Origin: Fibrobacterales bacterium
GTDB taxonomy: Bacteria > Fibrobacterota > Fibrobacteria > Fibrobacterales > JAOPTW01
Length of the DNA: 64,000 nucleotides
Direction of reading: 5' to 3'
Assembly (NCBI GenBank): GCA_051532055.1
Contig: JAOPTX010000016.1
Location: 1 to 64,000, forward strand
A program made the position numbers and the translations under genes. This document shows, in pieces, positions 1-10,300 of the stretch (within the stretch, counting starts at the first letter, position 1; every line of letters begins with the position of its first letter). A model generated the notes under the pieces. That model was given only the letters and a program-made list of their open reading frames with translations. It was not told the origin of the DNA and made no database searches.

Positions 1-127
1 TAGTAATAACACCTACTTGCTCACCATCTGCGGCAATTACACGAACTTCAGGAACTCTGATTCTCTCGTTTACACGAGTTTTATCTTCAACCTTCTGTGG
101 CTTGACTCTTGGTCCTCTTCTTTGCAA
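1..127 (-). CDS. infC: Translation initiation factor IF-3, N-terminal part (runs off window edge)
   Basis: Own translation of the minus strand from TTG at 127: (M)QRRGPRVKPQKVEDKTRVNERIRVPEVRVIAADGEQVGVIT, the IF-3 N-domain signature. AAGGAG Shine-Dalgarno 5 nt upstream. Lies downstream of thrS as in the conserved thrS-infC operon. Confidence 0.93.
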   Translation of the reverse strand, partial: MQRRGPRVKPQKVEDKTRVNERIRVPEVRVIAADGEQVGVIT

Positions 128-233
128 AGAATCTCCTTGTACAGTTACTTTTTTAAACGCTAAAAAAAGTGTGTTGCATATTTAGCTATATCTCATGATT
201 TTTCAAGGGCTTAAAGTTATTCAAAAGGATAAT

Positions 234-2150
234 TTACGTTCCTTTTTTTTCAACTTCCTCTATAAATCGCTCAATAGCTTCATCAATTAAAACTTCTCCA
301 ACATCACCAACCTTCCGTTTTCGGATGGCAACTTTGCCAGATTCCATTTCTTTTTCGCCTACAATAAGCAAATATGGAACTTTGTGGTTCTCACCTTCAC
401 GAATTTTATATCCAATCTTTTCATTTCGTAGATCAACAGTTGAGTAAAAACCAGCGGCTTTCATTTTTTTATTAACTTCTTCTGCGTACTCGCAATATTT
501 ATCAGCAATAGGCAGCACGCGAATCTGCTCAGGATGCATCCATAAAGGGTAGTCACCGGCATAGTGCTCAGTCAAGATCCCAAGGAACCGCTCAAAAGAG
601 CCGAAAATAGCCCTGTGCAGCATCACTGGACGCTTTTTGTCACCATCTGGCCCAACATAGTCAAGCTCAAAACGCTCTGGCATAGAGAAGTCGAGCTGTA
701 TCGTACCACACTGCCAACTTCTTTTCAGAGAGTCACGAATATGGAAGTCAATTTTAGGTCCGTAAAAGGCCCCATCACCTGGATTAAGCTTATAATTTAT
801 CCCTCTGTGCTCAAGCGCGAGGCGAAGAGCCTCTTCTGCTTTATCCCAGATAGAATCATCACCAATGCGCATTTCAGGGCGGGTAGACAGTTCGATTTCA
901 AAATCATCAAACCCAAAATCTTTATAGGTATTGAGAACGAAATCGATAACATCGATAACTTCTTTCTCAATCTGCTCTTCGGTGCAAAAAATATGGGCAT
1001 CATCTTGAGTAAACATACGTACTCTAAAGAGCCCATGAAGTACACCCGCTTTTTCATGACGGTGCACTTGTCCAAATTCAAAGTTTCTTATAGGGAGTTC
1101 ACGATATGAGTGTGGCTTATTTTTATATATAAGCATTCCACCCGGGCAGTTCATGGGCTTAACCGCATGTTCTACTTCATCAATATCAGTAAAATACATA
1201 TTATCCTGATATTTATCCCAGTGCCCTGACTGAAGCCAGAGCTCTTTATTCAGTATTGACGGCGTTACCACTTCGTCGTATCCACGATCAAGTGTCTCGC
1301 TTCGCATGTAGTCACGCACTTTATTGTACAGGCGCATACCTTTTGCATGCCAAAAAGGGAAGCCCTGCCCCTCTTGATGAAATGAAAAGAGATCAAGTTC
1401 TTTACCTATTTTACGGTGATCTCTTTTTTTAGCCTCCTCAAGGAGGTGTAGGTACTCATCAAGAGCTTCTCGTGTCGTAAATGCGGTAGCATATAATCGT
1501 TGAAGCATCTTGTTATTTTGATCGCCACGCCAATAAGCACCGGCAACAGAAAGCAGTTTAAAATGCTTGACTTTACCACTATGGGCAACGTGAGGCCCAC
1601 GACAAAGATCGTCAAAAGAGTCACCTTGTTCGTAATAGCTCACCTGATCATCATCAAAGCCATCAAGAAGATCTACTTTATAGGTCTCACCTTCTGAATC
1701 CCATTTAGCGCGCGCTTCTGCACGACTACATTCAACACGGACAAAAGGAATCGACTTTTTAGAGATCTCTTTCATCTTTTTTTCAATTTTTGAAAAATCT
1801 TCTGGAGAGAATACATGCTCTGAATCAAAATCGTAGTAGAACCCATCTTCAATTGTTGGACCAATAGCAAGAAGTGTCCCAGGATAGAGATCTTTAACCG
1901 CCATAGCCATCATATGCGCTGTAGAGTGACGAATGACTTCGAGACCTTCAGGATCTGATTCAGTGATTATAGAGACCGTACTATCTGCAGTAATTTTGGT
2001 GTTAAGATCTTTGATTTCATCATTAACTTTAACTGCAACAGAAACCTTAGCAAGGTTTTTACTGATAGATTTTGCGATTTCAATTCCCGATATTCCGGCA
2101 TCAAACTCTTTAGAGTTGCCGTCGGGAAAAGTGATAGCTACTTGGCTCAT
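234..2150 (-). CDS. thrS: Threonine--tRNA ligase
   Basis: TGS domain, HSTAH, DLCRGPH, RDHRK, KPMNCP, GAFYGPK, QCGTIQLDF and HRAIFGSFERF motifs. True start is the ATG at 2150 (MSQVAITFPDG); the longer ORF reads through the tRNA gene. Confidence 0.98.
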   Translation of the reverse strand: MSQVAITFPDGNSKEFDAGISGIEIAKSISKNLAKVSVAVKVNDEIKDLNTKITADSTVSIITESDPEGLEVIRHSTAHMMAMAVKDLYPGTLLAIGPTIEDGFYYDFDSEHVFSPEDFSKIEKKMKEISKKSIPFVRVECSRAEARAKWDSEGETYKVDLLDGFDDDQVSYYEQGDSFDDLCRGPHVAHSGKVKHFKLLSVAGAYWRGDQNNKMLQRLYATAFTTREALDEYLHLLEEAKKRDHRKIGKELDLFSFHQEGQGFPFWHAKGMRLYNKVRDYMRSETLDRGYDEVVTPSILNKELWLQSGHWDKYQDNMYFTDIDEVEHAVKPMNCPGGMLIYKNKPHSYRELPIRNFEFGQVHRHEKAGVLHGLFRVRMFTQDDAHIFCTEEQIEKEVIDVIDFVLNTYKDFGFDDFEIELSTRPEMRIGDDSIWDKAEEALRLALEHRGINYKLNPGDGAFYGPKIDFHIRDSLKRSWQCGTIQLDFSMPERFELDYVGPDGDKKRPVMLHRAIFGSFERFLGILTEHYAGDYPLWMHPEQIRVLPIADKYCEYAEEVNKKMKAAGFYSTVDLRNEKIGYKIREGENHKVPYLLIVGEKEMESGKVAIRKRKVGDVGEVLIDEAIERFIEEVEKKGT

Positions 2151-2173
2151 ACTCTTCTCTTTAGTTGAAAAAA

Positions 2174-2248
2174 TGGACGATACTGGATTCGAACCAGTGA
2201 CCCCTACCTTGTCGAGGTAGTGCTCTAAACCAGCTGAGCTAATCATCC
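2174..2248 (-). tRNA. tRNA-Val(GAC), CCA not encoded
   Basis: GGATGAT/ATCGTCC acceptor stem, TAGCTCAGCTGGTTTAGAGC D-arm, CTACC-TCGACAA-GGTAG anticodon arm, GGTTCGAATCC T-arm. Confidence 0.96.
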
Positions 2249-2258
2249 GAGAGCCGTA

Positions 2259-2287
2259 AATTTAGTTTCTGAGGTGACCTCAGTCAA
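2259..2287 (-). promoter_or_regulatory. Sigma70-type promoter for tRNA-Val/thrS
   Basis: TTGACT(2287-2282)-N17-TAAATT(2264-2259), 10 nt upstream of the tRNA 5' end. Confidence 0.7.
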
Positions 2288-2351
2288 CTTATTTACAATT
2301 ATTTGTAACTATAGAAAGGAATTAACAAATTGTAAACAATTAACAGGTACA

Positions 2352-3293
2352 CTACCCGTCAATTTGTTTATCAATCCAATTTTCCATCTCAATCACCCGA
2401 GTCAGAGAACGCTCAAATTGCTCTTTCTCTTCCTCTGACAGACTCACTTTTAGAATACGCTCTACGCCATTACCACCCATTACAATAGGAGCACCACAGT
2501 AGACACCATTCACCCCATATTCACCTTCGAGCTTGACCACTGCAGTAAAGACCGAGCGCTTATCGAGGAGATATGCGTCAACCATTTTAATAGCAGCCAG
2601 TGCGGTTGAATAGAAAGCTGAACCTGTTTTAAGAAGACTGATCACTTCACTTCCCGCCATAGCGGCACGTTTCGCAAGTTTATCAAAGGTTTCTTTCGTA
2701 ATAAAATCCCAAAGACCAATTCCTTGCACTGAACAGGCACTGTAAATGCCTACCATCTCATTGCCGTGCCCACCCATAACCATCGCATGAACATCCTCAG
2801 CACTCACCTGAAGCTCTTCTGCAATGAAACACGCAAGACGTGACGAGTCGAGAACACCTGCCTGACCCACAACCTTATTAGGAGAAAACCCTGTGATTTT
2901 TTGCATAGCATAGACTAACGGATCAACAGGATTCGTAACTACAATTACCATGGCATTTGGCGCACGATTGCGAATCTCTATCCCAATTTTTTTGATAATT
3001 TGAAAGTTCTGTTCCAAAAGATCTTCACGAGACATACCAATGCGTCTCGGAAGACCTGCAGTCACTACTACAATATCAGAATCATTAATATCTTCATAAT
3101 CATTGGTACCAATGACTGTTGTTGCCGAAGGCATCATAGATCTTCCGGTAAGAATATCGAGCGCTTTGCCCTGAGGCAAACCTTCGACCACATCAAAGAG
3201 TACTACATCACCAAACTGCTCTTGTGCAAGAAGCAGCGCCATTGTACCACCAATTTGTCCAGCCCCAATTAACGATATTTTTTTTCGTAACAT
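2352..3293 (-). CDS. mdh: Malate dehydrogenase (LDH-like)
   Basis: IGAGQIG Rossmann motif, GKALD, TAGLPRRIGMSREDL, VTNP, GVLDSSR, GGHG, GSAFY. Located in the sucCD operon. Confidence 0.9.
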   Translation of the reverse strand: MLRKKISLIGAGQIGGTMALLLAQEQFGDVVLFDVVEGLPQGKALDILTGRSMMPSATTVIGTNDYEDINDSDIVVVTAGLPRRIGMSREDLLEQNFQIIKKIGIEIRNRAPNAMVIVVTNPVDPLVYAMQKITGFSPNKVVGQAGVLDSSRLACFIAEELQVSAEDVHAMVMGGHGNEMVGIYSACSVQGIGLWDFITKETFDKLAKRAAMAGSEVISLLKTGSAFYSTALAAIKMVDAYLLDKRSVFTAVVKLEGEYGVNGVYCGAPIVMGGNGVERILKVSLSEEEKEQFERSLTRVIEMENWIDKQIDG

Positions 3294-3307
3294 CTTAGTC
3301 CTTTCTA

Positions 3308-4195
3308 TTATTTTACTAATCCAGCAGCTTGCATAGCTTCCATCATCTTGTCACCAATCTCTGCAGCAGTATCTGCAACATAGACTCCTGCATCTTTAAG
3401 GGCGCTAATTTTGCCCTCTGCAGTTCCAGCATTACCTTCAATGATAGCGCCCGCATGTCCCATGCGTTTCCCTTTCGGTGCTGTTTGACCAGCAATAAAG
3501 CCAGCACACGGCTTGTCTACATGATTTTTGATGTATTCTGCAGCAATTTCTTCGTCCGCACCACCAATTTCACCAATAAGAACAATTCCTTCTGTCTCTG
3601 GGTCTTCATTAAACATTTTTATCACATCAATATGACTCAATCCATGAACTGGGTCTCCGCCAATACCAATTGCAGTCGTTTGACCAAGACCGTTTAGTGT
3701 TGTTTGATGTACCGCTTCATAAGTAAGTGTACCCGAGCGTGAAAGAACACCAATACGACCTTTTTTGTGAATTTGCCCAGGAGCAATACCCACTTTACAT
3801 ACGTCAGAAGTCACTAAACCAGGACAGTTAGGACCAATGAGAATTGAATTATATTTTTCAAGCTCAGCCTTTACTTTTACCATATCCATTACAGGAATAC
3901 CTTCGGTAATAGCAACAATAAGCTCAACACCAGCTTGCGCTGCTTCAATAATCGCCGCGGCAGCAAATGGCGGCGGTACAAAAATCATAGAAGTATTTGC
4001 ACCTTCAGCATCAACAACTTCTTTTACTGAATTAAAGACGGGAAAACCTTCAACGGTTTGTCCACCCTTTTTAGGCGTGACACCACCAACAACACTCGTG
4101 CCATATTCGCGACATTTGATTGAATGAAAAAGCCCTGCTTTACCAGTAATACCTTGTGTGATGAGTCGTGTATTTTCGTTAATTAAAATTGCCAT
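3308..4195 (-). CDS. sucD: Succinate--CoA ligase subunit alpha
   Basis: [39 protein letters not shown] (phospho-His). Confidence 0.98.
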   Translation of the reverse strand: MAILINENTRLITQGITGKAGLFHSIKCREYGTSVVGGVTPKKGGQTVEGFPVFNSVKEVVDAEGANTSMIFVPPPFAAAAIIEAAQAGVELIVAITEGIPVMDMVKVKAELEKYNSILIGPNCPGLVTSDVCKVGIAPGQIHKKGRIGVLSRSGTLTYEAVHQTTLNGLGQTTAIGIGGDPVHGLSHIDVIKMFNEDPETEGIVLIGEIGGADEEIAAEYIKNHVDKPCAGFIAGQTAPKGKRMGHAGAIIEGNAGTAEGKISALKDAGVYVADTAAEIGDKMMEAMQAAGLVK

Positions 4196-4204
4196 GATTA
4201 CTCC

Positions 4205-5359
4205 TTATACCAACTCTGAAACTTTCTTTGCGCCATCTGCCATAGTTTTAGCACCAACGATATTCAACCCCGACTCATTAATAATTTTGAGTCCTTCATC
4301 AACATTTGTCCCTTCAAGACGTACAACGAGTGGAAGAGTAAGACCGATTTTTTTCGTAGCAGCAATAATACCATTTGCAATAATATCGCACTTCATAATA
4401 CCACCAAAAATATTAACGAGTATCGCTTTCACTTTAGTGTCTGATGATATAAGTTTAAAAGCTTCGGTCACTGCTTCTTCTGTTGCAGATCCGCCAACAT
4501 CAAGAAAGTTAGCAGGCTCTTGTCCATAATATTTGATAATATCCATGGTCGCCATTGCGAGTCCTGCACCATTTACCATACAGCCAATATTACCATCAAG
4601 TTCAATATAACTCATGTTATATTTATCTGCTTCAATTTCATTCTCTGATTTCTCAGCAACCGGGTCTCCACCAGAATCACCTTGACGGAATACAGCATTG
4701 TCGTCAATTTCGAATTTACAATCGAGAACTTTAAGCTCATCGTTATCATTAATAACCAATGGATTAATTTCAAGAAGCGTACAATCTCGCTCAACAAATA
4801 CTTTAAAGAGTTTTTTAAGCATGTCATCAAACTGAGTCGCTAGTGTACCTTTAAGATTCATAAAAGCAGCAGCTTCTGCTGATATTTCCGATGTAATACC
4901 TTCAAAAATATCCGGATACAGCTTTAAAATCTTCTCAGGCATTTCTTCTGCAATTTCTTCAATCTCCATGCCACCCTCTTCTGAGAGCATGATTACCACA
5001 CCACCTTTGGTGCGGTCAACCATCATTGCAAGATAGAGCTCATTTTCAATTGCAGTATCTACAGTAACAAGTACTGAATCAACAAGTAACCCTTCAGGCC
5101 CTGTTTGATGAGTTACAAGAGTCATCCCAAGCATACCTTCAGTAAGCTTTTCCGCTTCTTCGAGTGCAGTAAAAAACTTTACACCACCAGCCTTTCCACG
5201 TCCGCCTGTAAAAGCCTGCGCTTTAACGAGGCCATTGGTGACATTCAATTCTGTGAGAGCTGCTTCTACGTCTGCTACGTTATCTACCATTTTACTGGCA
5301 GGAACGGGAAGCTCAGCTTTTGCAAGGAGAGCTTTTGCTTGATATTCATGTAACTTCAT
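4205..5359 (-). CDS. sucC: Succinate--CoA ligase subunit beta
   Basis: Start MKLHEYQAK at 5359; GGRGKAGGVK, EINPL, NGAGLAMATMD, ANFLDVGG, NIFGGIMKCD. Confidence 0.98.
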   Translation of the reverse strand: MKLHEYQAKALLAKAELPVPASKMVDNVADVEAALTELNVTNGLVKAQAFTGGRGKAGGVKFFTALEEAEKLTEGMLGMTLVTHQTGPEGLLVDSVLVTVDTAIENELYLAMMVDRTKGGVVIMLSEEGGMEIEEIAEEMPEKILKLYPDIFEGITSEISAEAAAFMNLKGTLATQFDDMLKKLFKVFVERDCTLLEINPLVINDNDELKVLDCKFEIDDNAVFRQGDSGGDPVAEKSENEIEADKYNMSYIELDGNIGCMVNGAGLAMATMDIIKYYGQEPANFLDVGGSATEEAVTEAFKLISSDTKVKAILVNIFGGIMKCDIIANGIIAATKKIGLTLPLVVRLEGTNVDEGLKIINESGLNIVGAKTMADGAKKVSELV

Positions 5360-5543
5360 AAAATCTTTCGAATAAAGTAATATGTATCCATGATAATAAA
5401 AAAACGACACTTTTCAAGACGAAGATTACAAATCTGTAAGAGTTCCATTGGAGGACTCGATAAAATCTACAATAATGAACTTTACATAAATTTACTTCAA
5501 TTCTCATTAATCACCTTGACTCCCCTTCGAGATAATGAGATAA

Positions 5544-5972
5544 TTGAGTGAGCAAAGCCAACGAGATTCACTTGTGAAATTTTTAATAGTTGAAGACGAT
5601 CCTATCGCGCTAAATGTACTGACACACATTCTGAACGATTTTGGATACGTTGAAATAGCTCGAGATGGGCGCGAAGGAATTAACACATTTAGGAAAGCGG
5701 CGAGTAACAAAAGCACTTTTGATGCAGTTTTTTTAGACATAATGATGCCTCATGTTGATGGGCATGAAGTTCTTGAGGCCATACGATCATTTGAAAAAGA
5801 GGCAAAAATTGAGGGTTCTGCAGGTACGAAAATAATTATGTGTTCAGCACTCGATGATTCTAAAAATGTGATAAAAGCATTTAGAAATCAATGTGAAGGG
5901 TATCTGACCAAGCCGGTCCATAAACAAGATGTAGAAGAGCAACTCAGAAAACTATCGCTCTTGTCTGAATAA
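5544..5972 (+). CDS. Single-domain response regulator (CheY-like)
   Basis: LIVEDD, FLDIMMP (phospho-Asp), YLTKP. Start may instead be the GTG at 5574. Confidence 0.88.
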   Translation: MSEQSQRDSLVKFLIVEDDPIALNVLTHILNDFGYVEIARDGREGINTFRKAASNKSTFDAVFLDIMMPHVDGHEVLEAIRSFEKEAKIEGSAGTKIIMCSALDDSKNVIKAFRNQCEGYLTKPVHKQDVEEQLRKLSLLSE

Positions 5973-5974
5973 TT

Positions 5975-6370
5975 CTAGGTCAAGTCGGATATAAAGGTAT
6001 CTGCCAACACCTCATTCATTGCAAAAAGTGCCTTTCCCAAAACGGAATGAATCTTGCAAATGGAAAATTCGTTACAGTTATCAGAATCCTCCATACAATC
6101 AAGAATGGTAATAGGCCCCTCAACTGCCTCAATCACTGATAATACTGAAATACAGGAAGGGAGTCTATCGAGACGATTACCACCTTTTGCACCAGAAAAT
6201 GATTTGACAATATCGTGCTTTACCAAATCCCCGATAACATTTTGCAGCACCTTCAATGAAAGCTTTTGCTGAGCAGCAACCTCTTTTGCGGACACAAGAG
6301 TCTCTTCTTCTTGCCGTGCAAGATAGATGAGAAACTGAAGGGCATATTCTGTTCTTTTAGTGAGTTTCAT
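5975..6370 (-). CDS. Rrf2 family transcriptional regulator with IscR-like Fe-S ligands
   Basis: MKLTKRTEYAL, SxxGAKGG wing, ISVLSVIEAVEG, C-x6-C-x5-C-x2-H. Confidence 0.88.
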   Translation of the reverse strand: MKLTKRTEYALQFLIYLARQEEETLVSAKEVAAQQKLSLKVLQNVIGDLVKHDIVKSFSGAKGGNRLDRLPSCISVLSVIEAVEGPITILDCMEDSDNCNEFSICKIHSVLGKALFAMNEVLADTFISDLT

Positions 6371-6378
6371 AGAACCCC

Positions 6379-7227
6379 CTATTTTTTAAAAAGTCTTTGA
6401 TATGGGGCAAGTGAAAACAGTGTCGGCACCAATAGAAGAACAACAACCAAATATCCAGTTAACAGTAATATCCCCGTAACAGGCACCACAATGGGAACCA
6501 TCAGAGAAGGGATAAAGCCAAGCCCTATAAGGATAAGAGCACCAATTGATATTTTTGAAATAGAAGGAATAAAATGAGTATAGAAGAGGGCAATGGCACC
6601 AAGCTTGGATTTGCCTTTCTCGACTTCTTGGCCGATAGAGCTCACGACAATAAAGAGGTCACCCATGATAAGAGCAAGATACAGAAGCCATCCAAAGGTC
6701 AAGGCTGTTCTACCTAGAGCCGCAAGGGGTGTCACTATTTCAAGATACAGTGCCGTAGCGGCAAAGAGAGTGAGCAATATTGGGAGTAACGAGAGGGTCC
6801 ATTTATTCTTTACAAAAATCAATACTATTGAAAGGCCACCTACCCCATATAAATAAGGTATGAACTCATTTTTAGAGCCTTCGTAAAGAAGTGCAATAAG
6901 AAGAAACACGGGGATAAATAGAAGCTGCACCAGAGTTGTACTCCATGAGACCATAAGGGCACGTGCTATGAAATACCCCAGCAGGGCAAAGGTAGGGACT
7001 AACAGAACCGCCCCATAGCCCTCTATGAGCATTGAAACAAAGAGTGAAATATCCGTTGGCACAAGAACATACCGAGATATGAGCGTACCAGACTCCTCTA
7101 TAAAAGGAGCAATTGCATTAGAATGCACCACATACAACACAATAAAAAGAAGAAAAAGAGGTAGTCGAAAGCGGAGTACAGTCTCTGAAAAGCGGCGAGC
7201 AGGAGCTATTTTTTCCCGTAAATCCAT
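6379..7227 (-). CDS. Hypothetical polytopic membrane protein
   Basis: 282-aa ORF with roughly 8 hydrophobic segments, in operon context. No family recognised. Confidence 0.7.
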   Translation of the reverse strand: MDLREKIAPARRFSETVLRFRLPLFLLFIVLYVVHSNAIAPFIEESGTLISRYVLVPTDISLFVSMLIEGYGAVLLVPTFALLGYFIARALMVSWSTTLVQLLFIPVFLLIALLYEGSKNEFIPYLYGVGGLSIVLIFVKNKWTLSLLPILLTLFAATALYLEIVTPLAALGRTALTFGWLLYLALIMGDLFIVVSSIGQEVEKGKSKLGAIALFYTHFIPSISKISIGALILIGLGFIPSLMVPIVVPVTGILLLTGYLVVVLLLVPTLFSLAPYQRLFKK

Positions 7228-7314
7228 ATGATTCCATCAAGAGGGTAATTGTCTACATAAAAAGTAGCATTTTAATCCCGTTTACAAAGAGCAATTTAGA
7301 TTCTAGGGATTAGT

Positions 7315-10300
7315 TTACCGCGAAATTACAAGTTTTTGAATTTTTGAGTAACGTGCATTCCCATCATCTCGAGGAACAGTATAGAAGACCTTATAAAAAT
7401 AGACCCCGTTTGCCAGATAATTTCCCCACTCATCACGACCATCCCAGGTAGTCCTCCCTGAATAAGCATGAGGAATCAGCTTCACCAGCTTTCCTCTTTG
7501 GTTGTAAATTTTGATTGAAGCACGGTAATAATCACTGTTCATTGATTTAAAATAGAAGGTCGTACTGCTTTTTAACGGGTTTGGAACTGAATAAATATCA
7601 ATGAGCCCACTCGTGAGCGAGCCTGTCAATTCTATAGTATAAAGTCTCTCTGTTTTATTACCGAGTAAATCAGTTGCAGTAATTTTAAGAGATACCGTAC
7701 CTGCTTCAAAAAGCTTATCTGTAAATTCCAACCTAAATACCGCCCTTTTGGACCGCTGCTCCAAGTAGATTGGTCGAACACTATTCCAAATAGTGTCAGC
7801 GGAATAAAAAACTCCCCGCCCTTCAGTAGAGGTAAAGTCAAGTGCCAACGAATCACTCACCATTATCTGTATACAGCCATTGAGGGCTATCGTAATGGTA
7901 CTTGACAAATAGTGTTCACTATAATCAGCATCGACACAATTACTCGCCACGATATCCGGTGCCTGAGTATCAATTATAGAATCGGCAAAAGAAGATCTCT
8001 TGCCGAGCACAATACTCTCAGAATAGTGCCATCCGGACCTCCCACTTCCTTCTTCCCAAAAATAAGCTCTTAATTGAGCGTTCTCGCCCTCTCGCAGATC
8101 ACCAGGAGATAAAAAGGTTGTTGCAAATTGCCCTGCAACAAGAGGAACCAGTTCACTATAGATAAGTCGCCCATTCATCTGATCAAGTTCATGTCGGGTA
8201 TCATTTTGATCATCAATACCATCGCCATCATTTTCCCAATCTATTTCGAGTATTTTTGTCGTATCTGCTTCATGAAGAGTGAGCGACACCATACCGTTAC
8301 CACTCCGCGAATACCCAGTTAGAGTCCCTGAAAGCGTTATAGAGTCAAGCCCTAATAGGGTATCAGGGGTGGTAACATTTTGCATTGAAAGGCTGGGCGA
8401 TGCAATCCTCAATACTGGCTCCCCCAAAAGCAAATATTTTAAATCGTTAAAACGGTCACCAGAATGAATGGTCTCATTTATTTTTGCACTGTGAAGTGCT
8501 TCGCCAAGGGTAACAATACGTGTGGTATCAAAAATAGCTTCGGTCACCAATTGACCGAAGACCCCATTTCTATTTGAGTAAGACTCTCTCAATGCCCCAA
8601 TACTTGCTATCGCCCCCTTCCCAGGGTCTCGAACAAATCGTTCGCCGAGCACATTTCCTTTACCATCTTCAAAACGACCTACCGTGCAGGAAAAAGAACC
8701 AAGAATCGTCAGTTTTTTCCGATTATAAAGCTTCCCCAATTCTCGTGTGCGAAGAAGCTGCTCATCTGACCAGCCAACAGTCCCCCCGTGCCCATAAAAA
8801 GTTGTATACAACTGCCCATCATTAAGAAGACGCGTTAAGCTTTTTGACGCAACAGGGGTCACCCTCGAATAGTTACGTACATAGTCATGCAAAAAGAAAT
8901 GTTCTGTAGAGCGAGCTGGCTGTAAAGCACGTACTGTTTGATACAAATCATTTGATTGTTCATCATGATCTTGTATCCCATCACGTGGCTGTAGTGTGTC
9001 ATTTTTATACTGATAAAAATCATCAGATACAAACAGTGCTCGGTTTCTCCATGGGCCATTATCCTTTTGTGCAGCATCTTCATACTCAATAATTTTAGTA
9101 ACATAGGCTGCCGCATCTACTTCTGTCTCGATGGGCACGCGGCCAACATATATATCCCGAATATACTCACCAAAAGGACACTCTTCCCCCGCATCTAAAA
9201 CAGTGAAGAAATCTTCAGCAGCGATAGACTCAATTTCATAAGGAGGGAGCGGATTAACTCGACTGGTGCCGTGCAAATTTCGATAGTCGTAGTGACCATC
9301 ACCAAACAGAAGTACATGAGTCAACTGAGGGTTTTTAGACAAATAGTAACGAATATAGTCTCTGAAAGCTGCCGGTGAAGGCCTCCCCGCACTGTACATC
9401 CGGTATATATCCTCTGCAGTCACAATCTCTGTAGTAATACTATACCCAGCCCTACCGCTTTCACGAAATTGCTTAAGACTCCATGCTTGAGCCTGAAAAG
9501 ATTCTGGAGTTATAACTAAGTACTCAGCCCCAGGGATAGTTGTAATATCCTGTGATACATATGGTGAAGAGGCTATAGGAGTTATAGAATCTATTGCTCT
9601 AATGTCACTTGGCTTAAAAAGATAATAGCGCACATTTAATGGATCAGAAAGCGTATCAGAAAACGTCCCATTAGACAGCTTATGAAGCGAGACCGCCTCA
9701 TGGGATTCAATACGTAGTGCATAGAGATCGCTCGTATCATTTACGAGAGACAGGGTGTTTGACCCTTGAGACAATAAGGGGTCTATATACCGCCCACCAA
9801 GTTGATACATAAGGAGCGATGGATATACAATTGAATACCCATCAAAACGCTGCCCGTGGTCATCAAATTCAGTATTGTTTACAATTAATCGATAGTAGTT
9901 ATATTCATTCTTTAAAAAATCAGTTTGAAACCACTGAGTATTACCCGTGATTGGAATTGTACCACCAATTGAGCTCACTTCTTGCGTATTCACTAAAAAA
10001 GAAAATGATATATTAAAAAGTCGTTCTGCCATTGAAAGCGTTGAACGATTACGATTGGTACTATTACCTGCCTTAGATCGCATGGGCTGAAAACTTATAC
10101 CAACATAAGCTGTCCGTTCTCCTATAAGATCTGGCAACGTCTTGATTGCCTCATCAAGGAGATGTTGATTCATAAGTGAGTCAACAACTGTTGGCCCAAA
10201 CCATTTCCAAAACCACTCTTTACCTGACTCCCGGTCATGCTTATTTTCTGTAGAATTGGAAAAAAAACCATCCCATAATCGAGAATCATACTCTACTCTC

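Noticed and set aside
2151..2246. 32-aa N-terminal extension of ThrS in the ORF track; possible T-box leader
   Set aside because: This stretch is the tRNA-Val gene read in frame. There is no room for, or motif of, a T-box.
2174..2248. tRNA as an integration site
   Set aside because: No integrase and no duplicated tRNA 3' end were seen; the flanks are core genes.
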